DNA of 32,000 nt from Terrimicrobiaceae bacterium (GTDB taxonomy: Bacteria; Verrucomicrobiota; Verrucomicrobiia; Chthoniobacterales; Terrimicrobiaceae), in assembly GCA_041744075.1 (NCBI GenBank), contig JBGTLQ010000373.1, positions 1-32,000 on the forward strand, read 5' to 3'. Numbering within the stretch: the first letter of the stretch is position 1; each line of letters begins with the position of its first letter. The translations under genes were made by a program, and so were the position numbers. The notes under the pieces were generated by a model. The model saw only the letters and a program-made list of their open reading frames with translations, made no database searches and was not told the DNA's origin. Positions 14,591 to 22,448 of the stretch are shown here, piece after piece.

Positions 14591-16504
14591 TTGGAAGGAT
14601 CCTTGGCTGCTCATTTTGGGCACCTAGCATTTCGTCCAGGTCAGCGGGAGGTAATCGCATCGCTCATGGACGGCCGCTCAGCGCTGGCAGTGCTACCCAC
14701 GGGCGGAGGAAAGTCGATATGTTATCAACTCCCTGCCGTTCTGTTGGAGGGGCTCACTTTGGTGATTTCGCCACTCATTGCTCTGATGAAAGACCAGGTG
14801 GACGTGCTGAAAGCCCGGGGGGTTGAAGCGGCGAGATTGGACAGCACCTTGGGAACGGAGGAGGTTCTCGAAATTTATGACGGAATGAAATCCGGGCGTT
14901 TGAAGATCCTTTACGTCGCACCGGAGCGGTTGGTGAATGAAAACTTTGTTCTCAAGCTCGCACGCACAAAGATTTCGCTCCTCGCCATCGATGAAGCCCA
15001 CTGTATTTCCGAATGGGGCCACAACTTTCGCCCGGAATACTTGCGCCTCTCGAAGGTGGCCAAGAAACTTGGGATCACAAGGGTCTTGGCCCTCACTGCC
15101 ACAGCAACGCCAGAGGTTTGTCAGGACATCTGCAAGGAATTCGCGATCACAGCATCGGATTTTGTCAGAACATCTTTTCATCGCCCCAACCTATCACTGA
15201 ACGTCTCTCCTGTGGCGTGGGACGAGCGCGATGCCCGCTTGATCGAGGTCCTCCAACGGACTGACCGAAAGCCCGCCATCGTTTATGTGACACTTCAAAG
15301 AACCGCCGAGCAGGTGGCCGCGTTTCTTGTCCGCCATGGTTTTTCAGCAAAACCCTATCACGCTGGCTTGGCTGATGAGGTGCGATCCTTGGCCCAGGAG
15401 GAATTTATGACCGGAAAAGTGGACGTCATTGTGGCGACCATTGCTTTTGGCATGGGCATCGACAAATCGGACATCCGGGCTGTCATCCATTACAACCTGC
15501 CGAAAACGCTGGAAAACTATCAGCAGGAAATCGGGCGGGCGGGCCGGGATGGTCTCCCTTCACACTGTGAAATGCTGGCTTGTGGAGATGACCTGACAGT
15601 GCTCCAAAATTTTATCCATGGCGATCGCCCGGAAGAAGCCGGTCTGAGGATGGTGGTGGACCACCTTCTGCGACAGGGGCAGGAATTTGATATCAGCCGC
15701 TACGAACTCTCGCGTGCTTCGGATGTTCGGCCCCTTGTGCTGGAAACGGTGATCACCTACCTCGAACACGAAAACATCCTCGAACCTCTCGGTGCCATTT
15801 ACACCACCTTCCAAATTGGGTTTCAACACTCGGAGGAGCGGATTGTGGCGGGCTATTCGGGGGAGAGGCAGCAATTTTTAAAGAACCTCTTCGCCTCAGG
15901 CCGCAAAGGACGCCGGTGGCTGACCCTGGATATTGCAGAAGCCTCAGAAACCCTGGGGCAGCCCCGTGATCGTCTTATGAAAGCGCTCAGCCACTTGGAG
16001 GAGGGGGGTGACATCGAACTCAAGCCTTCGGGGGTTCGTCATCGCTTCCGACTCCTTGAAGGGGCTGCCAAACGAAGTCCCGTGGAAGTGGCCAAATGGT
16101 TGGCCGGGCTTTTTGCAAAACGGGAAACCAAAGATCTTGAGCGATTGGAGCAGGTCGTGGAATTGGCGTCCTACCCCGAATGCACCACGGCACGACTCAT
16201 CAGCTATTTTGGTGAGCCAATGGAAAAGCCATGCGGCCATTGTGGCAATTGCCAAGATCCTTCAGCCACTCCAAGCACACTGCCATCCGCGTCCCCACGC
16301 ACTCTGTCCTTGGAAGACTGCAAGGTGATTCAAGACCTCGCCAAGGAGCGACTGCCATCCCTTCTTTCACCAAGACAACAAGCCCGCTTTTTGTGCGGCA
16401 TCACCAGCCCGGCCACATCAAGAGACCGTCTCTCAAAACATCCGGCTTTTGCTCGTTTCGAAGACGTGCCATTTGACCTTGTGCTGGAGGCCTGCACCAA
16501 ATAG
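14591..16504 (+). CDS. recQ: RecQ-family ATP-dependent DNA helicase.
   Basis: FGHLAFRPGQREVI, LPTGGGKSICYQLPA (motif I), DEAHCISEWGHNFRPEY (motif II), LALTATA, FGMGIDKSDIRAVIHYNLPKTLENYQQEIGRAGRDG, and the Zn motif CTTARLISYFGE...CGHCGNC. There is no in-frame ATG upstream of the conserved N-terminus. Candidate starts are GTG 14543 (inside the AKR gene), TTG 14573 and TTG 14591. Confidence 0.92.
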   Translation: MEGSLAAHFGHLAFRPGQREVIASLMDGRSALAVLPTGGGKSICYQLPAVLLEGLTLVISPLIALMKDQVDVLKARGVEAARLDSTLGTEEVLEIYDGMKSGRLKILYVAPERLVNENFVLKLARTKISLLAIDEAHCISEWGHNFRPEYLRLSKVAKKLGITRVLALTATATPEVCQDICKEFAITASDFVRTSFHRPNLSLNVSPVAWDERDARLIEVLQRTDRKPAIVYVTLQRTAEQVAAFLVRHGFSAKPYHAGLADEVRSLAQEEFMTGKVDVIVATIAFGMGIDKSDIRAVIHYNLPKTLENYQQEIGRAGRDGLPSHCEMLACGDDLTVLQNFIHGDRPEEAGLRMVVDHLLRQGQEFDISRYELSRASDVRPLVLETVITYLEHENILEPLGAIYTTFQIGFQHSEERIVAGYSGERQQFLKNLFASGRKGRRWLTLDIAEASETLGQPRDRLMKALSHLEEGGDIELKPSGVRHRFRLLEGAAKRSPVEVAKWLAGLFAKRETKDLERLEQVVELASYPECTTARLISYFGEPMEKPCGHCGNCQDPSATPSTLPSASPRTLSLEDCKVIQDLAKERLPSLLSPRQQARFLCGITSPATSRDRLSKHPAFARFEDVPFDLVLEACTK

Positions 16505-16538
16505 GCTGGCAATCCTGCTTAACGTATTGCACCGCTTA

Positions 16539-17831
16539 TCAGAGCCCGGTGGTGATGAGCTTGAAGATTTCGGTGTTATCGGAAAATCCCTTCAGCTTTT
16601 CAGATCCGGGCCCCACAGCAACTGCCAGCGCATCCTCGGCCACGGCCAATGCCACAGGCGATGCCACGGCAGCTGGTTCGGTTGGGCTTTCGCTTTCTCC
16701 AGCTCCCGACCCCGGACCACTGGACCACGTCAGCGATGGAAGCCCCTGCGCATTCACCCCCACCACGGCAACCCCCTTGTCATTACGAAAAGGATAACCG
16801 TTCATCCGGAGTCCGCCGATACTAGAACGTCCGGCCACAACAATCAGGGAGTTTTTTCCCGCATACGCCAAAGCGGTGGCCACGGCGTTGTCGAGTTGAA
16901 GAAATTCCCGCAACATCCTCTCCCCTTCATTCTGGGCGCCGGCTTTGCCGATCAACCCGGCATCCACGATCAGCAGGTATCCTTTGCGATTGAATTGAAG
17001 CAGTTGAATGGCCTGCCCCACCATCTCGGCAAGGGAAGGCTGCACTGCTGATCTGGAAATCTCGTCAGCAAATGCCAGGTTTCCTTCAGCAAAAAGTCCG
17101 ATCAATTTGGGTGCTCTCCACTGCGGGGTGTTCAGCAACTCGGCCTTGGTGCGAACAATATCAAAGCCGGATTGCCTCAACTCGAGTGTCAAATCCCGTC
17201 CGTCAGAGCGGCCTCCTCCCTTGTGCTCAGGAATAAAATCCGAGGATCCCCCACCGAGCAAAAGATCAAAGGCCGGGGAGTTGATCAGTTGCAAGGCAAT
17301 GCCCGCAGACTCGTGAGGGTCGCTGGTCTTCGCATAGTACGCCGCCGCCCCGGCATCGGTTACCGAGGCATTGGTCACCACCCCCACCGCTCGGCCCCGC
17401 TCCCGCGCCACATCAGCCAAGTTCACAAGGGCCGCCCCCGAGGAATCCTGCCCCAAATTGCGATTGTTGACCTTCCTCCCACTGGCGATCGCCGTCGCAG
17501 AGGCCGCCGGATCACTCACGGCAAAATCCCCGGCGTGGGTTGTCAGCAGAGAAAGCACAGGAAACCGCTCAATCGATAGCCGACTGTCCGCCCCACCCCC
17601 ATACATGCGGGCCGCTGTCAGAGTGGAAACGTTGACATTATCCGCGACAAAAAGAATCACCGCGAAAGGTTTCTGAACGACCCAGTTCACATAAAACAAG
17701 AGCCCGCCTCCGACAAATACCAAAAGGCACAATAAGGCGAGGAACTGGTTTCTGGCTCGCTTGCTCACAAGATGAAGGATTTTTCCACTCCTTGTATCCA
17801 CCACATCGCTCCTCTCACTGCAATCCCTCAT
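16539..17831 (-). CDS. Membrane-anchored alkaline-phosphatase-family homologue, apparently catalytically inactive.
   Basis: N-terminal TM segment: FLALLCLLVFVGGGLLFYVNWVV. Alkaline-phosphatase scaffold blocks follow: STLTAARMYGGG, VSDPAASATAIASGRKVNN, GVVTNASVTDAGAAAYYA, YLLIVDAGLIGKAGAQNE, SLIVVAGRSS, AVAVGPGSEKLKGFSDNTEIF. The nucleophile and metal-ligand positions are substituted (see finding). ATG at 17831. Confidence 0.8.
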   Translation of the reverse strand: MRDCSERSDVVDTRSGKILHLVSKRARNQFLALLCLLVFVGGGLLFYVNWVVQKPFAVILFVADNVNVSTLTAARMYGGGADSRLSIERFPVLSLLTTHAGDFAVSDPAASATAIASGRKVNNRNLGQDSSGAALVNLADVARERGRAVGVVTNASVTDAGAAAYYAKTSDPHESAGIALQLINSPAFDLLLGGGSSDFIPEHKGGGRSDGRDLTLELRQSGFDIVRTKAELLNTPQWRAPKLIGLFAEGNLAFADEISRSAVQPSLAEMVGQAIQLLQFNRKGYLLIVDAGLIGKAGAQNEGERMLREFLQLDNAVATALAYAGKNSLIVVAGRSSIGGLRMNGYPFRNDKGVAVVGVNAQGLPSLTWSSGPGSGAGESESPTEPAAVASPVALAVAEDALAVAVGPGSEKLKGFSDNTEIFKLITTGL

Positions 17832-17877
17832 CAGAATATTATTTGGTGCCCTCTGGCGAAATTTTCCAAAATCTGGA

Positions 17878-17905
17878 TTGACTCAGATCGAGATCCCCCT
17901 AGGAT
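17878..17905 (+). promoter_or_regulatory. Candidate sigma-70-type promoter for rplI-dnaB.
   Basis: TTGACT (17878-17883), a 16-nt spacer, then TAGGAT (17900-17905), about 30 nt upstream of the rplI ATG. This is a pattern match only. Confidence 0.25.
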
Positions 17906-17935
17906 CTTCCTCCCGTCCCGCGACGGATTCGTCTT

Positions 17936-18475
17936 ATGGCAAACACACAAATTCTTCTCACTGAAAGCGTACCCAACTTGGGAGCTGAGGCCGACATCGT
18001 CAAAGTCCGCCCCGGTTATGCGCGCAACTTTTTGATCCCCCGTGGCAAGGGGCTGGAACTCAATGCTTCCTCACTGCGCCGCGTGAACAGCCTCAAAGCC
18101 AAACGTGCTGAACGTGAAGCCCGCGAAACCACCGCCGCCGAAGAAGTCGCCGCCCGCATTGGCAAGCTCCGGCTTTCCTTCCTGCTCGAAACCGGCGAAT
18201 CCGGCAAAGCCTTCGGTTCCATCACCGCAAAAGACATTCACGATCGCCTCGCCGCCGAACTCCCTGAACTCGATCTTCCCAAACATGCGGTCGAACTCGA
18301 AAAAGCCATCAAAGAAACAGGCCCACAAATCGTTCCCGTTCGCGTGCACCCGGATGTCACCGCCAAATTGTCCATCAAAGTGGTCGCCCCCAAGGCTGAG
18401 GAAGATGAATCCTCCGACGAGGCCGCTGATGATGATGGATCCAAAAAGCCAGTCCGTAAAAAGAAAGTGGCTTGA
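17936..18475 (+). CDS. rplI: 50S ribosomal protein L9.
   Basis: MANTQILLTESVPNLGAEADIVKVRPGYARNFLIPRGKG is the canonical L9 N-domain. The gene sits immediately upstream of dnaB, a conserved arrangement. It carries a ~30-aa charged C-terminal tail (EEDESSDEAADDDGSKKPVRKKKVA). Confidence 0.95.
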   Translation: MANTQILLTESVPNLGAEADIVKVRPGYARNFLIPRGKGLELNASSLRRVNSLKAKRAEREARETTAAEEVAARIGKLRLSFLLETGESGKAFGSITAKDIHDRLAAELPELDLPKHAVELEKAIKETGPQIVPVRVHPDVTAKLSIKVVAPKAEEDESSDEAADDDGSKKPVRKKKVA

Positions 18476-18527
18476 GCTGGTGCCTCGGCTCCATCCAATA
18501 ACCCCGTTAACGACTCCCTGACCCATT

Positions 18528-20015
18528 ATGCCTCCTGATTCTCCGGCTGCTGCCGACGAGAATCCCGTCATTGGAAACGGGGCTTCCAAATCCAAAGGCA
18601 CGTCAAAAAAGCGGCCTTCTTCACAAAAATCTGGGAGTTATTTACCGGATATTCACAGGTCGCTTCCCAGCAGCCTTGATGCGGAAAAAGGCCTCCTCGG
18701 TTCCATTTTGCTGGCCCCCGATCGGGTTGTTGACGAGTGCATCCAGCAAAAGATCACCGGTGAGTATTTTCATCTCCCCTCCCACGCGCTGATCTTTACC
18801 ACCGCGCTCACCATGCGCGACACTTCGAAGCCCATCGACTTCATTTCTGTCACTCAGTACCTTGAGGACAGGAAACAGCTCGAAGAGGCTGGGGGAGCCG
18901 GGGCCATCGCGGACTTATTCACATTTGTTCCAACTCCCGCAAATGCAGCCTATTACATGACCCTGCTGCGGGAAAAATACCTCCTGCGCAAAATTATTCT
19001 CATTTGTAGCGAATACACATCTCGCGCTTACGAAGAGCAGGGGGATATCCAAATTCTTCTCGATGAGGTGGAGGAGAAGGTTCTTGAAATTGGGGATGAC
19101 CGCTTCGGCTCAAAAATCCCTGACATGAAGCAGCTGGCCATGCAGGCGCTGGAAGAGATCGAGCACCTTGTTAACAATCGCGGTGGGATCACCGGCCTGC
19201 CATCAGGGTTTGCTGGCATCGACTCGCTCACCAACGGCCTCCATGCGGGAGAAATGATTGTCATTGCCGCGCGCCCATCCATGGGAAAAACCGCGCTGGC
19301 TATGAATATTGCCGAGCATGCCGCGATGGATGCTGGCAAGTCGGTGATCGTTTACAGTCTGGAAATGAGCACCCAACAACTCATGCAAAGGCTCCTCTGC
19401 TCACGAGCCAGAGTCGATCTCAACAAATTGCGGCAGCAATTTATCGGCAAGCATGACATGAGCAATCTCATCACGGCCACAACCAAGCTCTCCGAGTGCA
19501 AAATGTTTATTGATGATACCCCCGGGCTCAGCATCTTGGAGTTGCGCGCCCGTGCCCGCCGCCTGCACAGCCGCCACGGCGTTGATCTCATTGTCATCGA
19601 CTACCTCCAACTCCTGAGATCTCCCACCAAGCGCGCTCAAGAAAACCGTCAGATCGAAGTGGCGGAAATTTCATCAGGGATCAAAGCCCTCGCCAAAGAA
19701 CTCAAGGTGCCCATCGTGGTCCTTGCCCAGCTCAATCGTAATCCCGAATCACGCACAGGCGGCAGCAAGGGCAAACCCCGCCTGAGCGATCTGCGCGAAT
19801 CGGGCTCCATCGAACAAGACGCCGATGTTGTCGGTCTCCTCTGGCGGGAGGAATACTACGCTGACGATGATGACTCCCGCAAAGAAAGCGAAGGCCGCTC
19901 GGAGTTGATCATCGCCAAGCAGCGAAACGGCCCCGTCGGCGACATCCCCCTCACATTCCTCAAGCACTTCACCCGCTTCGAAGACCGCGCTCCTGACAAA
20001 CCCGAAGCTCACTAG
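18528..20015 (+). CDS. dnaB: Replicative DNA helicase DnaB.
   Basis: LPSSLDAEKGLLGSILL, Walker A AARPSMGKTALAMN, IVIDYLQLL, VLAQLNRNPE, LSDLRESGSIEQDADVV, IIAKQRNGP. Confidence 0.97.
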   Translation: MPPDSPAAADENPVIGNGASKSKGTSKKRPSSQKSGSYLPDIHRSLPSSLDAEKGLLGSILLAPDRVVDECIQQKITGEYFHLPSHALIFTTALTMRDTSKPIDFISVTQYLEDRKQLEEAGGAGAIADLFTFVPTPANAAYYMTLLREKYLLRKIILICSEYTSRAYEEQGDIQILLDEVEEKVLEIGDDRFGSKIPDMKQLAMQALEEIEHLVNNRGGITGLPSGFAGIDSLTNGLHAGEMIVIAARPSMGKTALAMNIAEHAAMDAGKSVIVYSLEMSTQQLMQRLLCSRARVDLNKLRQQFIGKHDMSNLITATTKLSECKMFIDDTPGLSILELRARARRLHSRHGVDLIVIDYLQLLRSPTKRAQENRQIEVAEISSGIKALAKELKVPIVVLAQLNRNPESRTGGSKGKPRLSDLRESGSIEQDADVVGLLWREEYYADDDDSRKESEGRSELIIAKQRNGPVGDIPLTFLKHFTRFEDRAPDKPEAH

Positions 20016-20881
20016 CCCCGTAAAAGCACCGGAGGAGGGCTTGTGATTTTTGGGATGGGCAGGCCTCTTTTTAGACATCCCTGCTTCCAATAGCCTCCCA
20101 TCTGATCATCGAATTCCTGACTCAGGCGAAACATGCTCCCGAAATAGGCTGCTCCTGGAGTTGGTGATAACTCGCCGTAGTAGACGTCTTCACCCGTCGT
20201 GTAGAGATCAATGCCGCAGAATGGGGTATCCAAAAGCAACGAGATTTTTTTTGCGGTTTCAGTCAGCGCTTCGGCATTTGCGGGAATAACCGGGATTCCT
20301 GGAGCCCACGTTTTTCCAAGCGTGACAAACCCATCGGGCAGGGGGTGGAATCCGGGGCCGAACCATGCAATCTGAACCGGATTCGTGTTGCGGTTGACCT
20401 GAAAAATAATCCCCACTGTTTCTTCAAATATCCAAAACTTATAGTCGAAGGGGATCTGGTTCCTTCCGTTTTCCCCCACAACCAGTTCTTCCGCAAGAAT
20501 GCGAGTGTCTGGATTTTTCTGCTTTTGGAAAACCAATCGGATGTCCTCAATGACCTGTTCAGCGGAGAATGATTTTTGCCGCATTAGCTCATCAAATTGC
20601 TCGCCCTGGCGCACCAACAGATGCACCCCGTCGGAGGACCACAGGTTCACGGGTTTCAGAACAAACCGGGATGGTAGCCGCGAGAAATCGACGGAGTCAG
20701 GGTCCGGAAAGACTTCGTAAGTGGCTGGAACCCTGACCCCAAAGCTCATGACCAAGTCTTTGCGTGGGATCTTGCCCATCACAACCCCTCTTGGTGTGGT
20801 GTCCGTGAACCTGGCATGGAGATACTCCGTGAATCGTTGGACCTCATACTCCAGGTTGTCATCATCAGACAAGGTTTCCAT
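20012..20881 (-). CDS. ATP-grasp fold protein, TupA-like amidoligase family.
   Basis: LPSRFVLKPVNLWSSDGVHLL, ILAEELV, FDYKFWIFEETVGIIFQVNRN, PFCGIDLYTTGEDVYYGELSPTPG. This matches my recollection of the TupA-like ATP-grasp pattern (fVlKp...DYKFfcf.G...RvDlY...iyFGElTf.P). Confidence 0.55.
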   Translation of the reverse strand: METLSDDDNLEYEVQRFTEYLHARFTDTTPRGVVMGKIPRKDLVMSFGVRVPATYEVFPDPDSVDFSRLPSRFVLKPVNLWSSDGVHLLVRQGEQFDELMRQKSFSAEQVIEDIRLVFQKQKNPDTRILAEELVVGENGRNQIPFDYKFWIFEETVGIIFQVNRNTNPVQIAWFGPGFHPLPDGFVTLGKTWAPGIPVIPANAEALTETAKKISLLLDTPFCGIDLYTTGEDVYYGELSPTPGAAYFGSMFRLSQEFDDQMGGYWKQGCLKRGLPIPKITSPPPVLLRG

Positions 20882-20914
20882 GTTGTGGTTTCGTATCGGC
20901 GGTGCTCCGGGAGG

Positions 20915-21330
20915 TCAAGCCTTGGCCGCTAAAGAAATTATGCACCCACAACACAAGTTGTCCGGCATATCCGCCATCGGGGCTTTTTTTCCGACTTTGG
21001 CGCGAACCTTGTCCCGCAAGGCATCGTTAAACTTTTTCCAAAGGCCGAGTTTCTGCCACTTGCTGAAATGCTGCGGGGCTTGATTCGTATTTTTGAAATC
21101 AGCCATCCTTGGGAGAATTATTGGAGTGAAGTGTCATGCTGGAGATGGGATGTTCTGTGGAGGATCGCGGCCCATCTTCCAGAGTGCCAAAAGCCGCACG
21201 ACCGAGACCATCTCCTTTTTGCAGCACGGACAAAGGGGCGCGGATTTGGGTGAAGTCGGATCGTCGGCACCGAGGACAAGTGGGATGCCGGTGTGGAAGG
21301 CGATTCTTTTTCTCCACAAACGCGATTGAT
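20915..21330 (-). mobile_element. Remnant of an IS5-family transposase. Only the N-terminal DUF4096-like part remains, it is frame-disrupted, and there is no DDE domain.
   Basis: ORF 20915..21106 reads ...QHFSKWQKLGLWKKFNDALRDKVRAKVGKKAPMADMPDN. This resembles the conserved ...YxxFRRWxxxGxWxxIxxALRxxVRxxxGRxxxPSAxIIDSQ segment of IS5/IS4-type DUF4096 transposases. An upstream fragment in another frame, EMVSVVRLLALWKMGRDPPQNIP, loosely fits the preceding R-x-V-x-x-A-I-L-Y-x-L-R-T-G segment. Nothing DDE-like follows before the next gene at 20881. Confidence 0.4.
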
Positions 21331-21377
21331 GATGCCAGTTTCTGGGGCTGTGATCCCACCATTCGAAAAGTGCTGTT

Positions 21378-21890
21378 ATGGAAAAAGCTGACGTTTCTGG
21401 TTCCCAATCTGCTGTCCTTGGCATGCTCATCAGGTTCGTCGGGTTTTTGGGAATTTGGATTGTTTTGAATGGTGGGGATCTGTTGGGGCTCCTTATTGGA
21501 GGGGTGGTAGCTGCGGGGGGCACGTGGTTGAGTGTCCAGTTGTTGCCCCTTTCTCACTCCGGCATCAACCTTGGGGCTCTTGTTATTCAGACGGTGCTTT
21601 TTTTATGGAGTTCCGTGGTGGCCGGGGTGGATGTGGCCATGCGGGCGTTTTATCCGAAGGTGCATGTAAATCCCGGCTTTGTGGTTTGTCCCTGCCGGGT
21701 GCCTGAGGGCACCTCACGCGATGTGTTTCTTGCGATCTCGAGTCTTGTTCCCGGGTCGCTTCCAGCGGGAATCGAACACGGTCGGGTAATCATTCATTGT
21801 CTGGATATCAACCAGCCTGTCGCGGCTCAGTTGGCAGAAAACGAAAAGCAATTTTTGAAGGTTTTGGGAAAGGACATGAGCGATGACTGA
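21378..21890 (+). CDS. mrpE: Mrp/Mnh cation:proton antiporter subunit E.
   Basis: FLWSSVVAGVDVAMRAFYPKVHVNPGFVVCPCRVPEGTSRDVFLAISSLVPGSLPAGIEHGRVIIHCLDI aligns block-for-block with MrpE (…ANIDVIKIVLSPKMNIQPGIV…LLASLISLTPGTLS…IYIHAIDV). An alternative start is ATG 21423. Confidence 0.85.
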   Translation: MEKADVSGSQSAVLGMLIRFVGFLGIWIVLNGGDLLGLLIGGVVAAGGTWLSVQLLPLSHSGINLGALVIQTVLFLWSSVVAGVDVAMRAFYPKVHVNPGFVVCPCRVPEGTSRDVFLAISSLVPGSLPAGIEHGRVIIHCLDINQPVAAQLAENEKQFLKVLGKDMSDD

Positions 21891-22164
21891 ATTTCTTTTT
21901 GTTGCGGCGATTTTGGTTCTCATCACCCTGACCCTGAGCTTGGCGAGAGTCCTGCGTGGGCCTGCCAAGGTGGATCGAATGATGGCTGCGCAATTGTTAG
22001 GAACTGGTGGCATAGCAATTTTGTTGTTGGCGGCAGGGAGCGGGTTGAAGGCTGCAGCGGATGTGGCTCTGACCCTTGCGCTGCTCTCGGCCTTGGCAGC
22101 AGTTGCCTTTGTGAAAAGTGGGGAGCGGTTGGCGACTCGCACCAAAAACGATAAACAACCATGA
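21883..22164 (+). CDS. mrpF: Mrp/Mnh antiporter subunit F.
   Basis: ARVLRGPAKVDRMMAAQLLGTGGIAILLL is the MrpF signature (GPtxxDRxxAxD). It has three TM helices and overlaps mrpE by 8 nt. Confidence 0.85.
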   Translation: MTEFLFVAAILVLITLTLSLARVLRGPAKVDRMMAAQLLGTGGIAILLLAAGSGLKAAADVALTLALLSALAAVAFVKSGERLATRTKNDKQP

Positions 22165-22448
22165 GCACTGTCCTCGACCTCCTGACCATTGTTTTTGTTT
22201 CGGTGGGGGTGTTCTTTTTTGTGGCTGGCACGGTGGGGCTGTTGAGATTTCCTGACACACTCACGCGTTTGCATGCGCTGACCAAGGCGGACAATTTGGG
22301 TCTTGGTTTGATTGTGATTGGCCTGCTCCCGCGGGTGGATTCTCCGCAGGACGCGCTGAAGCTCATTCTTGTGTGGGCGCTTGTGTTAGTGGCCTCCTCA
22401 AATTCGTCCCAACTCATCGCGCGCAAAGTCCGCCGGGAAGAATCATGA
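22161..22448 (+). CDS. mrpG: Mrp/Mnh antiporter subunit G.
   Basis: GTVGLLRFPDTLTRLHALTKADNLGLGLI is the MnhG signature (G-x-lRfPDxxtRlHA). It has an ATGA overlap with mrpF. Confidence 0.9.
   Translation: MSTVLDLLTIVFVSVGVFFFVAGTVGLLRFPDTLTRLHALTKADNLGLGLIVIGLLPRVDSPQDALKLILVWALVLVASSNSSQLIARKVRREES

Noticed and set aside
16449-17051. A 200-aa plus-strand ORF, together with ORFs at 17008-17676.
   Set aside because: They are antisense to the alkaline-phosphatase-like gene, have Arg/Gly/His-rich composition, and show no motifs.
18071-18601. A 176-aa minus-strand ORF.
   Set aside because: It is antisense to rplI and the dnaB 5' end, and it is Gly/Phe-rich low complexity.
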